A DNA stretch of 63,788 nucleotides, the filler included, from Licmophora abbreviata (lineage: Eukaryota): assembly GCA_900291995.1 (NCBI GenBank). It is 25 parts of 25 records of this genome, joined end to end, with 100 filler letters (N's around TTAATTAATTAA, not from the genome) between each part and the next. Parts side by side here need not be neighbours in the genome. Positions count along the whole stretch, not along the records: positions 4,360 to 14,674 come from OLMU01006246.1; positions 14,775 to 17,524 come from OLMU01006248.1; positions 17,625 to 18,866 come from OLMU01006250.1; positions 18,967 to 21,941 come from OLMU01006252.1; 21 more parts are not named here. One strand, written 5' to 3'. The position numbers were made by a program, and so were the translations under genes. This document shows, piece by piece, positions 9,351-19,964 of the stretch. Position 1 is the first letter of the stretch, and each line of letters starts with the position of its first letter. Under the pieces are notes generated by a model that did not search any database, was not told the origin of the DNA, and was given only the letters and a program-made list of their open reading frames with translations.

Positions 9351-12300
9351 AAAGACCAATCTGGCATTATGAAAAACATAATTTCCCGCGGCATATCGAA
9401 AGCGCTTGGCCGTAGCCAACCACGGCAGTCCGAAAAGCCAAAGACTGATCTGCCGGGAATTAGCAGTGTTCAAATGCCTCGGGAACACTCCAAAATCTTG
9501 TCGCGCTGTCTATCGATCGATCTGGAGGTCGATCCCAAAGAAGCCCGGATATTCGCCTTTGCAGCATTGCCGGAAGGCGAGGGAGAGGGGGTTACTCATC
9601 GGAAAGGTGACCTAAAGGCCGCGCTCGAAAAACTCGACCTGTTTTGCGCCGGTTTCGCACATGTCATCGGGCACAATATTTTGCGCCATGACCTGCCGCA
9701 TCTCATGGCGGTTTCGCCGCGCTTCGCTAAGCTTGCGGACGGACCGATTGACACGCTGTGGCTCAACCCCTTGGCCTTCCCGCGCAATCCATATCATCAT
9801 TTGGTCAAACACTACCGTGATGGGCGGCTTCAAAGTGGTCACGTCAATGATCCTGAGTTCGACGCGCGTCTTGTGTTCGAGGTTCTTCGCAACCAGATTA
9901 ATGCGTTCGTATCGCTGAACGCGGTGTCGCCAGAGACGTTGGTGGCCTATCACTGGCTTTGCTGCCGAGGACCCGGTAGCGACGGGTTTGATCGGTTGTT
10001 CAGCGACGTCCGCGGGACGCCCATCCCGACTGAAGCAGAAGCGAACGTGGCTATTCAGACGCTGCTAAAAGGGGCAGTGTGCGGCGCCCAGCTGGACGCT
10101 TTATTCAAGCGGCTCGGCGACACGGGCCTGGGCTGGCCGATGGCATATGCCCTTGCCTGGATTTCGGTGGCTGGAGGGGATTCTGTCATGCCGCCTTGGG
10201 TGCGTGCGCAGTTCCGTGACGCAGCGCGGCTCGTCAAAGACCTGAGGGACACGAATTGTCGTGATCCGAACTGTGCCTATTGCGCGGAGCAAAATGATCC
10301 CACGCGTGCACTCAAACGCTGGTTCGGCTTTTCAAGTTTCCGCCCGGAACCGGTCGACGAAGACGGACGCCCGCTTCAGGAAAAGATCGTGACCGCGGCC
10401 ATGGAAGGCGACAACCTGTTGGGCATCCTGCCGACGGGCACCGGCAAATCCATCTGCTATCAGATCCCCGCGTTATCTCGGTTCGACAAGACCGGGGCCT
10501 TGACCGTGGTCATATCGCCGCTTGTGGCGCTGATGGCAGACCAGGTGCAGGGCTTGGTGCGTGCCGGAATTTCCTCGGCGGTTACGATTAACGGGCTATT
10601 GTCTTTGCCCGAGCGTCAGGATGCGCTCGACAAGGTGCGGCTTGGGGATGCAGCGATCCTTTTGATTTCCCCCGAACAATTGCGCAGCACAACAGTTCGG
10701 TCCGTTCTGGCGCAGCGCGAGGTGGGGCTGTGGGTGCTGGACGAGGCGCACTGCGTATCCAAATGGGGGCACGATTTCCGACCCGACTATCGCTATGTTT
10801 CACGATTTATCAAGGAAAGCTCAGGCGACGAACCGGCTCCGGTGCTTTGCTTGACGGCAACGGCAAAGCCGGACGTCGTGCAAGACATCCGCAGTCATTT
10901 CAAAGAGCGGTTGGGGGCCGCGCTGGTATTGATCGATGGTGGCGCATCGCGGTCGAACCTGAGCTTCCAAGTGCTGCCAACGCAGCGCGCAACCAAGATG
11001 ACCGATATCCTCGACACGATCGAGGCACAGCTTCCACGCGAGGGCGTGTCGGGAGCGGTCGTCTATTGTGCGACCCGAAACGCCACCGAGCGCGTGGCGG
11101 AGTTCTTAAAGCAACAGGGCATCGCCGCGGAGCGGTATCATGCGGGCCTTAGCGCAGATGACAAGCGAGAGATCCAGGAGGACTTCCGTATCGGCAATCT
11201 GCGCGTGATCGCGGCCACCAACGCCTTTGGGATGGGGGTCGACAAGCCGGACATCCGTCTGGTGGTTCACGGGGACGTGCCCGGATCGCTGGAAAACTAC
11301 CTGCAGGAGGCGGGGCGCGCCGGACGGGATCGCGAGCCTGCAACATGCGTCCTTCTGTTTAATACTGAAGACGTCGATCGTCAGTTCAGCCTCAGTGCGC
11401 GGTCTCGACTCGCGCGGCATGAAATCGGCGCGATCCTGAAGGCGCTTCGGCGCCTTGATACTCGAACTGGAAAAGGCGGTGAAATTGTCGCCACACCCGG
11501 TGAGATTGTTCACGAAGAGAAAGAGCGGGATTTCCAGCGGGACAGCAATACCGACGATACGCGGGTGAAGACAGCTGTCGCCTGGCTGGAAGAAGCGCAC
11601 CTTCTGAACCGCGAAGAGAACCGGGTGCAGGTGTTTCCCGCCTCACTTCGGGTAAGGAGCATGCAGGAGGTTCGTGAAATCCTCGCATCCGCCGATATCA
11701 CTGAGCGGCGGCGCAGGGATCTGGCCACCATCGTGCAACATATCATCAACGCGCCGCAGGAAGAAGGCATCACCACGGACGAGCTTTGTGGGGTCAGTGT
11801 GCTGACGGTGTCTGGCGTGCGCAAGGCCTTAGCGGATCTTGAGGCTCTGGGGATTGCAAAGGATGATACAAACATCACCATTTTCGTGCATGTGCGTGTC
11901 GAGAATGCCTCGCCGAAGCGGTTCGAAGCGGCATCCCGGTTGGAAGCCGACCTGATTGCGATCCTTAGAGAGCAAGCGCCAGACACGGATATCAACGAGG
12001 CTTGGCCCTGCCACCTGGCCTCGGTGGCGCAGGCCCTGCGGGAGCAGGGACACGCCTCTGTGCGGCCCGACATTATCGAGGGATTGCTCCGTGGGATTGC
12101 GCAGGATGGCCGCGACATGGATGGCGGTAAAGGCAATATCGGCCTGCGCAAGGTGTCGAAAGGCAGTCTGATGGTGCGGATGCAAAGATCATGGGCTGTA
12201 ATCGAGCAGACTGCTCAGCTTCGCAGGCAGGCGGCAGAGCGGTTGGTTTCATACTTGATCGACAAGGTTCAGGCCGGCCTGCGTGGGAAAGATGTTCCCG

Positions 12301-14618
12301 TCGAGACCACGCTTGGCGACCTGCTTGCAGCGGTCAAAAGCGATGCGCTGTTGAGGGCATCCGTCAATGATCCGTCGAAACTGATGGACCGGGCGCTTCT
12401 GTGGCTGCACGAACAGCAGGTGGTGACTTTGGGCAAGGGATTGTCCGTGTTCCGCTCGGCCATGACGTTGCACATCAATCCGAAAGGCGGCGGCTTTACC
12501 ACCCAGCATTTTGCGCCGCTCGAAGACCACTATAGCGAACAGACCGTTCAGACCCACGTGATGGCGGCTTATGCGACCAAAGGCATCGACGATATTAATC
12601 AGGCTCAACGGCTTGCGCATGACTATTTCGCAATGGAGCAGTCCGACTTCATGAAAGCGTGGATGCCGGGGAAAATTTCGGAGTTCAGACGGCAGGCAAC
12701 GCCCCAGTCCTATGCAGAGATCGTCGACAATTTGGGGAACTCGACACAAGAGCAGATCGTGCGTGACGACCGGGAACAGACCAATGTTCTTGTGCTTGCA
12801 GGGCCGGGATCAGGAAAGACGCGCGTATTGGTACATCGTGTTGCCTATTTGGTCAGGATCAAGCGCGAAGATCCAAATGGTATACTCGTGCTCGCCTACA
12901 ATCGGCACGCGGCCGCCGAAATCCGGGAACGCCTGCGGCTGTTGATTGGTGAAGATGCACGCTTCGTGACGGTATTAACCATCCATGCCTTGGCCATGCG
13001 CTTGGTTGGCGCGAGTTTCGCCGGACGGGAAGCAGCCGATGAACCTGATTTTGAGACTCTACTAACCGATGCGGCGCGTCTTTTGCGTGGCGACGGGTTG
13101 GACAAAGTTGAGGCCGAAGCCTTGCGAGAGACCTTGATCCAGGGATTCCGCTGGATTCTCGTGGATGAATATCAGGACGTGGGGCCCGAGGAATACGCCT
13201 TGATTGCTGCGGTGGCCGGTCGCAGCATCGATGACCCCGATCAACGGATCAGTCTGTTCGCGGTCGGCGATGACGACCAGAATATCTATGCGTTTGCCGG
13301 TGCATCGGTGCGTCACATTCGGCAATTCGAACAGGATTATTCGGCCAAGCCGGTCTTTCTGACCGACAATTACCGCTCCTCGAAGAACATCATCAACGCA
13401 GCGAACGCCGTGATCGAAGGATCTCGGGAACGTATGAAAACAGGGCATGGGATTACCGTCGACCAATCGCGGCAAAAGGACCCGGCAGGGGGTATCATGG
13501 AAAGCCTCGACCCGGTTGCACAGGGGCGGGTCCAAATTCTTGGCTGCCCGGCCGGAAATGACGCTCAGGCCCTTGCGGCGGTCAACGAGATGCTCCGCCT
13601 GTCAAAACTGGTCCCGGATTGGAACTGGAAGGGGACGGCAATCATTTCTCGTGATTGGCGCAAGCTTCTTCCGGTCCGCGACTTTGCCGAGGCGCATGGA
13701 ATTCCCGTCGAAATGGCGAACGAGAACTTGCCAAGTGTGTGGCGCACCCGTGAGATGCAGAGGTTTGTTGGCAGCCTGCGCGAAAGACAGGGGGCCATGG
13801 TCAGCTTGGGTGACCTGACGGAGATATTAAACGCGATACCCGCAAGCCGTTGGACTGACCGGATCGGCGAGGGGCTTGGCCAGCTTGCGCGTGAAGTTGA
13901 TGGCAAGGCGCTCCCGACCCCTGATGTGATCGAATGGTTTGCTGAATGGTCGAAGGATTCTTGGGGCGAGCAGCGCGGCCTCAAATTGTTGACAGCCCAC
14001 CGCGCCAAGGGGCTTGAGTTCGACGATGTCGTGATTTTGGACGGCGGCTGGGAACGGCCCTCGCGAAACGAAGACCAAGATGCGCCCCGGCGATTGTTCT
14101 ATGTTGCCATGACGCGCGCGCGGCGCAATTTGATCGTGATGAGCAATGACAACCACGAATACCTGCCGACCGAGTCGCCTGCTGTGGTGACGCGACATGT
14201 AGTGCCCGACTTGGAGACGGTCCCTGGACCGCGCAGGTATTTCCAGTCGCCCGAAATGAAGATGGTCGACCTTTCCTTCGCAGGACGCCAAGGTGACCGG
14301 CACATTGTTCATGAGGCGATCGCCGAAGCACGGGTCGGCGCGCCAGTCAGGCTCTCCTGTGTCGGGGACCGCTGGCAGATCGAGGATGTTCAAGGCCGGG
14401 CCCTCGGGCGGATGTCAAAAGCATTCGCGCCACCGATTGGTACGAAATTTGTCACCGGCGAGATCGCGGCAATCATACATCGGCGTAAAGAGGATGCCGA
14501 TGAGCGTTTTCACTACCTGCTGAAACACGCCAATTGGGAAGTCGTTGTGCCTGAACTGGTCTTCGAAGAGATCAAGGTGGCTGAAAGGGTTTTCAGCAAG
14601 GATCAAAACGGCAAGTAG
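9321..14618 (+). CDS. Large fusion: DnaQ-like exonuclease domain + RecQ (SF2) helicase + UvrD (SF1) helicase
   Basis: IDLE..GHNI..HD..DTL (exonuclease-like); PTGTGKS, DEAH, TATA, ATNAFGMGVDK, QEAGRAGRD (RecQ); AGPGSGKT, VDEYQD, VGDDDQNIY, NYRS, TAHRAKGLEFD, YVAMTRAR (UvrD). True start may be 9369 or later. Confidence 0.9.
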   Translation: MASAGRLLGNKDQSGIMKNIISRGISKALGRSQPRQSEKPKTDLPGISSVQMPREHSKILSRCLSIDLEVDPKEARIFAFAALPEGEGEGVTHRKGDLKAALEKLDLFCAGFAHVIGHNILRHDLPHLMAVSPRFAKLADGPIDTLWLNPLAFPRNPYHHLVKHYRDGRLQSGHVNDPEFDARLVFEVLRNQINAFVSLNAVSPETLVAYHWLCCRGPGSDGFDRLFSDVRGTPIPTEAEANVAIQTLLKGAVCGAQLDALFKRLGDTGLGWPMAYALAWISVAGGDSVMPPWVRAQFRDAARLVKDLRDTNCRDPNCAYCAEQNDPTRALKRWFGFSSFRPEPVDEDGRPLQEKIVTAAMEGDNLLGILPTGTGKSICYQIPALSRFDKTGALTVVISPLVALMADQVQGLVRAGISSAVTINGLLSLPERQDALDKVRLGDAAILLISPEQLRSTTVRSVLAQREVGLWVLDEAHCVSKWGHDFRPDYRYVSRFIKESSGDEPAPVLCLTATAKPDVVQDIRSHFKERLGAALVLIDGGASRSNLSFQVLPTQRATKMTDILDTIEAQLPREGVSGAVVYCATRNATERVAEFLKQQGIAAERYHAGLSADDKREIQEDFRIGNLRVIAATNAFGMGVDKPDIRLVVHGDVPGSLENYLQEAGRAGRDREPATCVLLFNTEDVDRQFSLSARSRLARHEIGAILKALRRLDTRTGKGGEIVATPGEIVHEEKERDFQRDSNTDDTRVKTAVAWLEEAHLLNREENRVQVFPASLRVRSMQEVREILASADITERRRRDLATIVQHIINAPQEEGITTDELCGVSVLTVSGVRKALADLEALGIAKDDTNITIFVHVRVENASPKRFEAASRLEADLIAILREQAPDTDINEAWPCHLASVAQALREQGHASVRPDIIEGLLRGIAQDGRDMDGGKGNIGLRKVSKGSLMVRMQRSWAVIEQTAQLRRQAAERLVSYLIDKVQAGLRGKDVPVETTLGDLLAAVKSDALLRASVNDPSKLMDRALLWLHEQQVVTLGKGLSVFRSAMTLHINPKGGGFTTQHFAPLEDHYSEQTVQTHVMAAYATKGIDDINQAQRLAHDYFAMEQSDFMKAWMPGKISEFRRQATPQSYAEIVDNLGNSTQEQIVRDDREQTNVLVLAGPGSGKTRVLVHRVAYLVRIKREDPNGILVLAYNRHAAAEIRERLRLLIGEDARFVTVLTIHALAMRLVGASFAGREAADEPDFETLLTDAARLLRGDGLDKVEAEALRETLIQGFRWILVDEYQDVGPEEYALIAAVAGRSIDDPDQRISLFAVGDDDQNIYAFAGASVRHIRQFEQDYSAKPVFLTDNYRSSKNIINAANAVIEGSRERMKTGHGITVDQSRQKDPAGGIMESLDPVAQGRVQILGCPAGNDAQALAAVNEMLRLSKLVPDWNWKGTAIISRDWRKLLPVRDFAEAHGIPVEMANENLPSVWRTREMQRFVGSLRERQGAMVSLGDLTEILNAIPASRWTDRIGEGLGQLAREVDGKALPTPDVIEWFAEWSKDSWGEQRGLKLLTAHRAKGLEFDDVVILDGGWERPSRNEDQDAPRRLFYVAMTRARRNLIVMSNDNHEYLPTESPAVVTRHVVPDLETVPGPRRYFQSPEMKMVDLSFAGRQGDRHIVHEAIAEARVGAPVRLSCVGDRWQIEDVQGRALGRMSKAFAPPIGTKFVTGEIAAIIHRRKEDADERFHYLLKHANWEVVVPELVFEEIKVAERVFSKDQNGK

Positions 14619-14881
14619 GGCGGTCACGCGGCCGTTCGCTGCACTTGCGATAAAGGACCGCTCAGGGCCGAAAGNNNNNNNNNNNNNNNNNNNNNNNNNN
14701 NNNNNNNNNNNNNNNNNNTTAATTAATTAANNNNNNNNNNNNNNNNNNNNNNNNNNNNNNNNNNNNNNNNNNNNCTACAACTCATTCGCAATCGAGACAA
14801 CAACGGACGTTGCAGATTCCGATTCAGTCTTTTCCAAAAGTGGATTCATTACGCTACTTGATTCAAAATGCCAATCCCAAT

Positions 14882-15400
14882 ATGGATACCACGACAACTA
14901 CTGACGCTTCGCCGCCATTAGATGTCGACGAGCGGCGAAGTCTGAGGGAATGCGAAGAAGTTGGATCCACGCTTGTCCGACTCATGACCAACTGTGAAGA
15001 CTATCGATTGCAGGCACAGCTTTCTCACGACAAGCTTCGCGCTCAACATGACCCACAGTCACTACGTGTTAAGCAGGAAGCCGCTCTGACAAACTACAAG
15101 TACAGTGCCTGCCTGAGTTCATTTGCGTGTCCCGATCGGATGCAAATGTTCTTTCATTGTTTTCGGTCCGTGGACTCTAAGGTTATTCAAGAGTTGCAAC
15201 GACACAATGCTGTGCACCTCTTGTGCAAGTCGGAACGACAGGCTGTCGAAAGGTGTGTTGGAGAATTGGTGGCCAAGTCGGTGCGTGCGGCAGATGAGAC
15301 TACAAGAGCAGGTGAGGTGGCTAATAGCAGCGGGAATGAAGGTGGTACTTTGTGGTGGTTATGGGATACACCAGAAGATGAATGTAAAAGTCAGCAATAG
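14882..15400 (+). CDS. Eukaryotic hypothetical protein with twin CX9C motif
   Basis: C-PDRMQMFFH-C and C-KSERQAVER-C. Confidence 0.5.
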   Translation: MDTTTTTDASPPLDVDERRSLRECEEVGSTLVRLMTNCEDYRLQAQLSHDKLRAQHDPQSLRVKQEAALTNYKYSACLSSFACPDRMQMFFHCFRSVDSKVIQELQRHNAVHLLCKSERQAVERCVGELVAKSVRAADETTRAGEVANSSGNEGGTLWWLWDTPEDECKSQQ

Positions 15401-15840
15401 TCATTGCGAGAATCAACCTTGACTCGAGCAGCCCGCAGAACAACTTAAATGAAAAGGCTGCGATTATCACTGAGCGCTGCACTGTGTTCATGTACTACTT
15501 CAGTTCTTTGCCAGGCTTCATCCACATAGCATGCTCATCTAGGAGGTCCGTTATTGCCGATCTTCGGTATACTCAATCGAGCGTTGCGCACGTCTGTCAG
15601 GCAGTCAGGCGAATAACCTTGCAACAAGATTCAACATTTGAATCACTCGACTCACTAAATTCAGGTCCGCGCGTGTGATGTGTGGGTGTTGATGTGCGAT
15701 GAAGATGTGATGCTGTGCTGATGTGATGCTGATGATGTTGACAGAATCAGCCGTCGGTGTTGTGCCCGTTGCGACGACCAAACAAGCGCTTTCTTACTAC
15801 CTAAGCAGTCCATATCCTGTACACATACCCGATTGAAATC

Positions 15841-16653
15841 ATGTCGCAACCACGTCCGCTTCTTTTGGCGTTGAGTCTCTTGCTTGCAGCAGCCCACCCT
15901 CGCTCCGCCGAGTCCTTCTCGCCGATGACGCCTTCCACGCGTCCGAGCTGGACGAGCGTCGACAATAAGGCATCCTGTGGACCCTTTGCTTTCCTATCAC
16001 CGCCCAAGAAGCTTGGTTTGTGTCAGTCCTCGCGACTCTCAGCGTCCTCTACAGATGACGACGACGAGGCACCAACGCTGGAACGTATTCCAGTCGAAGA
16101 CGAGGGAGTGTCGATTCCGTTTGTCGATGTCAAAGGCACCAGCTTTATTGAGTGTTTCGCCGACAGTATTGCCACTATCAAGGGCGTCGAGTACACCATC
16201 GGGGTCCCGTGCGACTACTCTGTCGCACTTTGTTACTTCGACGAGACCGAACAACTCATTCCCGTCGAACTAGACGATGAAATGATGGACGACGTGTTCC
16301 CGATTGCGGAAAACATCGTGGCGGACGAATTCGGAGAAGAACTTTCCCTTCAGCGAACGCCGCAAACTTTGACGCTTGTCGGTGAATTGGAAGACGATGA
16401 GGATGATGAGGACGATGAGGACGATGAAATGGAAGATGGAGAGGAAGAAGTTGAGATTCTCTTGTCCTTTGAGCATCGGGGCAAAGAGTTCAATCTAGTG
16501 CGCTTGCTGGATCCAGTCTTGTTGGTAGGCAAGGAGGATGAAGAGACGGATGACAGGAGACTATTATTGTCACCTGAAGAGTCGGAAGCCGTCATGCCAG
16601 TACTGGAAGACATGTTTCTTGAGTTTCATGAAGAAGGGGACATGACTCTCTAG
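15841..16653 (+). CDS. Plastid-targeted DUF3727-like protein
   Basis: Signal peptide + AES|FSP (ASAFAP-type) + Ser-rich transit peptide; LQRTPQTLTLVGEL, acidic tract, LLDPVLLVGK. Confidence 0.7.
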   Translation: MSQPRPLLLALSLLLAAAHPRSAESFSPMTPSTRPSWTSVDNKASCGPFAFLSPPKKLGLCQSSRLSASSTDDDDEAPTLERIPVEDEGVSIPFVDVKGTSFIECFADSIATIKGVEYTIGVPCDYSVALCYFDETEQLIPVELDDEMMDDVFPIAENIVADEFGEELSLQRTPQTLTLVGELEDDEDDEDDEDDEMEDGEEEVEILLSFEHRGKEFNLVRLLDPVLLVGKEDEETDDRRLLLSPEESEAVMPVLEDMFLEFHEEGDMTL

Positions 16654-17033
16654 TAGCACTTACAAGATGATTTGGTACGGTGCGTCAGCGTTCAGTTGGT
16701 GTACATTGTAGCTGCAAGAGGTAAACTTGACGTTGATCCCGTCAGTATTAATTTTTGACATGCTCCGTCGAGCCGAATCGAATCGGTGTGGATAGTCGAT
16801 ACCGCCACTGTCCGTGCCGGTGAACCAGCCATAGTCGATAGACGAGACATGGGGTACCGGTAGACTCGCGACTCCCCCCGCGAGTGCTCATTGTACTCTA
16901 GCTAGAAATTCATAATCACGGCGACTAGAAATGTCTCACACTCATGCAGAAGTAATTCTGTATCATGTTTATACCTCAGTCGACCATAGTTCACCGCGAT
17001 ACTTCGAGCTAATCGTTATAGTACTACTCGTAT

Positions 17034-17465
17034 TTACGAACGAGGCTTTTCCTTCTTCTCCTTGTACAGAGCCCAGAGAGATACACCTGCCACCTTGACA
17101 ACCTTGAATCGCACACCTGGAATATCTCCCACAGCATGCCCGGAACGTCCGAAACCGGCAATAAGAACTTCGTCGTTCTCGTCGACATAGTTCAAACAGC
17201 CATCACGGGGAACGAAAGCCGCAATCTTCTTTCCGTTCTTGATGAGCTGCACACGAACACACTTTCGGATAGCTGAGTTTGGCTGCTTAGCCTCAATTCC
17301 AATCTTCTCCAAGACAATGCCCTTGGCCATGGTAGATCCTCCCATCGGGTTGGCCTTCATGGCAGTGATAGAGTGAGCCTTACAGTACTTCTGATCACGC
17401 CAGCGCTGAGTCCGTCGGTGGATTCGGAGCTTGCGACCCGTTCGGATTCCGTTTGGTTTGCCCAT
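17034..17465 (-). CDS. RPS23: Cytosolic 40S ribosomal protein S23 (uS12)
   Basis: [36 protein letters not shown], ends KKEKPRS. Confidence 0.98.
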   Translation of the reverse strand: MGKPNGIRTGRKLRIHRRTQRWRDQKYCKAHSITAMKANPMGGSTMAKGIVLEKIGIEAKQPNSAIRKCVRVQLIKNGKKIAAFVPRDGCLNYVDENDEVLIAGFGRSGHAVGDIPGVRFKVVKVAGVSLWALYKEKKEKPRS

Positions 17466-17624
17466 TTTGAAGGATTCGAACTAACAAGTATCGATGCTTC
17501 GGCTGTGGCGAAGGAGGAAGAAAANNNNNNNNNNNNNNNNNNNNNNNNNNNNNNNNNNNNNNNNNNNNTTAATTAATTAANNNNNNNNNNNNNNNNNNNN
17601 NNNNNNNNNNNNNNNNNNNNNNNN

Positions 17625-18383
17625 GATCTAGACGGTGTATCGTATGGCATTGGCGTCCCGTTTGAAGCGGCCGCCGCCATGACTCTAGAACAACCCGATG
17701 GCAAAGTTGCCTACCTGTCACCCGACGATCCGGAAAACGATGAACTGATGGAAATCATGGCCAACCAGCTGCAAGAGTTGATTGGAGACGACGTCTTCTT
17801 GAAGAAAACGCCCAAAATCCTCACCATTGCGGGGGATCTCGACAAGTATACAAAGAATTGGAAGGACGAACTCTTCGGCGAAACGATCGACAAGGAAACG
17901 CTATTGGACAATTCGGATGAAAACTTGAACTTTTTCTATGACTTCATGAAGAGTGAGCTGGGCGAAGACGAATTTGAAAAAGCCATGAAGGAAGCGAGCG
18001 AAGAAAGTGTTGATGAAGAGTTGCTCAAGCTGTTTGATGTTCCTGGCCTCGACGGACAAGACAATGAGGACATGAAGGAAATGCTCAAGAGCGTTCTGGA
18101 CGTTGACCAGTTGTCGGAATTTGAAAAGATTGGAGAAGATCTAGAGCACGAAGGTGTCGCGTTGAAACTAGTGGGCTTCAATTTCAGCGACGGGAAGGCG
18201 TACACGCTCGTCAAACTTCTCAAGCCGTTTACGATTGTCGGAAAGTACAATGTCGAGGACAAGGAGGATTTGCGTTTCGACTTACTAACACCTGGGGAAG
18301 AGAAGCTTGTCATTCCGCGACTGGAGAAACTATGCGAACAAGATCTTGAACGGGCGGGTCTGTCGCTGTCCGAGTTTGACTAA
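17625..18383 (+). CDS. Second DUF3727-like paralogue, 5' truncated
   Basis: YGIGVP, KKTPKILTIAGDL, YTLVKLLKPFTIVGK parallel the 15841 protein. Confidence 0.6.
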   Translation, partial: DLDGVSYGIGVPFEAAAAMTLEQPDGKVAYLSPDDPENDELMEIMANQLQELIGDDVFLKKTPKILTIAGDLDKYTKNWKDELFGETIDKETLLDNSDENLNFFYDFMKSELGEDEFEKAMKEASEESVDEELLKLFDVPGLDGQDNEDMKEMLKSVLDVDQLSEFEKIGEDLEHEGVALKLVGFNFSDGKAYTLVKLLKPFTIVGKYNVEDKEDLRFDLLTPGEEKLVIPRLEKLCEQDLERAGLSLSEFD

Positions 18384-18466
18384 AGAAAGTAGAATATATA
18401 CAAGCAAACAATTTTGTCTATTCACACTCAAGACCGAGAGGCCTCTGAAGAGATCCCCGTTATCAT

Positions 18467-18866
18467 CTACATGTCGACATGTTCGTGCCATTCTTGGACA
18501 AGTTCCTGCGCCTTGTCATCCTCCATCCCGTGCCACTTGAGGAGTTGCTGACCTTCTGCCTTGCGCTTGATGCGGTACAGAACGGCGGCGAGCACCAGCA
18601 TGAGGCCAAGAAAGCCGCTTGTCGTTACTTCGTGTCCATACAAGACGCACGACAGGGCGATGCTCAACAGGATCCGTGTCGTCATGATGAGAGTAAAGAC
18701 AACGGCGCCGAAGTTCTTGATGGTGTAAAAGATAAAGAGTTGTCCGATGGTGGAGCAGATCGAAAAGAGGAAAAAGTGTAGATGGATCTCCGAGTGCCGG
18801 TAGACAAAGTCCAGAGCTGGGTAGAGTTCGTGCGTGTGCACCAACGTGACGAAGGAGAGCACGACG
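18467..18866 (-). CDS. UAA-family nucleotide-sugar/PAPS transporter (SLC35B), C-terminal part
   Basis: STIGQLFIFYTIKNFGAVVFTLIMTTR. Confidence 0.85.
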
Positions 18867-18966
18867 NNNNNNNNNNNNNNNNNNNNNNNNNNNNNNNNNN
18901 NNNNNNNNNNTTAATTAATTAANNNNNNNNNNNNNNNNNNNNNNNNNNNNNNNNNNNNNNNNNNNN

Positions 18967-19628
18967 TCCGAGAATCCGACCATGCTTCTTGTGAAACACC
19001 TTCTTGAGTATCTTCAGGAGCATGCACCAGACCTTCATGTCACGACCACTCGCATTCTAGAGACATCGGCTGAAGCGGCACGGACGGAGCTGGAAGACTT
19101 GTATCGACAGTTTGATCGCCGCGATAGTACTACTAACACGACGTGCGTCGTATTCTACACTTGGGAGTCAATGTCTTCGGAAAGAATTTTCAACTGGAAC
19201 AGTGTGCTTACAACGATGCGTCGTTCCGAATCCCCGACGAACGAAACTATCAGCCCAAACACGCTTGCATCATCTCGACGGTCACACTGGGCAGCCACCT
19301 CTCTACCGCTTTGCCCCTACACACTCTGTGCGAGGACATGAACCATCAGCGACGCTGTGATGATGACGCTGGTAGTCGGTCTACAGCACAAGTCGTTCTG
19401 AGCAAGGACCCAGGTCGATTCGTTTGTAATTACACATACTACACCAGTCTGAATCATTGTCAAGCTCGGAATCGCACTCTAGACAACATCGACGATGACT
19501 GCAATACAACACGCTACTATGCGCTCTTTCTTCACGTACCACCCATGGAGGTGGCATCGCAGGAAACACAACTGCAAGTGGTCGTTCAATTGATGGAGGC
19601 CATTGATAGACAACTTTCCGAGTCGTAG
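18967..19628 (+). CDS. Pyroglutamyl-peptidase I (peptidase C15), one frameshift near 19150
   Basis: LHLGV, LEQCAYNDASFRIPDER, DPGRFVCNYTYY, FLHVP (Glu/Cys/His triad). Confidence 0.85.
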
Positions 19629-19964
19629 TCCTCTCGAGTTTGTATTCACCACGCGATGGATGGCCAACCACACACTGTATTCGGTTGTTGTCAGGTCGAT
19701 CTTTTCCAACAGTTGGATCCCATTGACACGAGAGATCTTCTCGCATGAAAAGATCACAGTTTCCGTTGACGGAATCGGCAGGTGTCCTTGCAGACCTGAT
19801 CCTACGTGGATCTTGAATTGCAATTTCGTGTGACGTCTACGATGTTCCGGTACCAGTACACACCATTGCTCTACATCATGTGACAGGATGGCTACACGAG
19901 AAACTTGCAAGCTGTTAGTTTCAGACAGAATGAAGGAATGTACGTATCTGTGTATTAGTAGTTA

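Noticed and set aside
14674..14775. Bacterium-to-diatom HGT junctions
   Set aside because: Every bacterial/eukaryotic transition coincides with an artificial linker.
15672..15740. TGATG-rich low-complexity tract
   Set aside because: Short imperfect microsatellite-like intergenic sequence with no supportable function.
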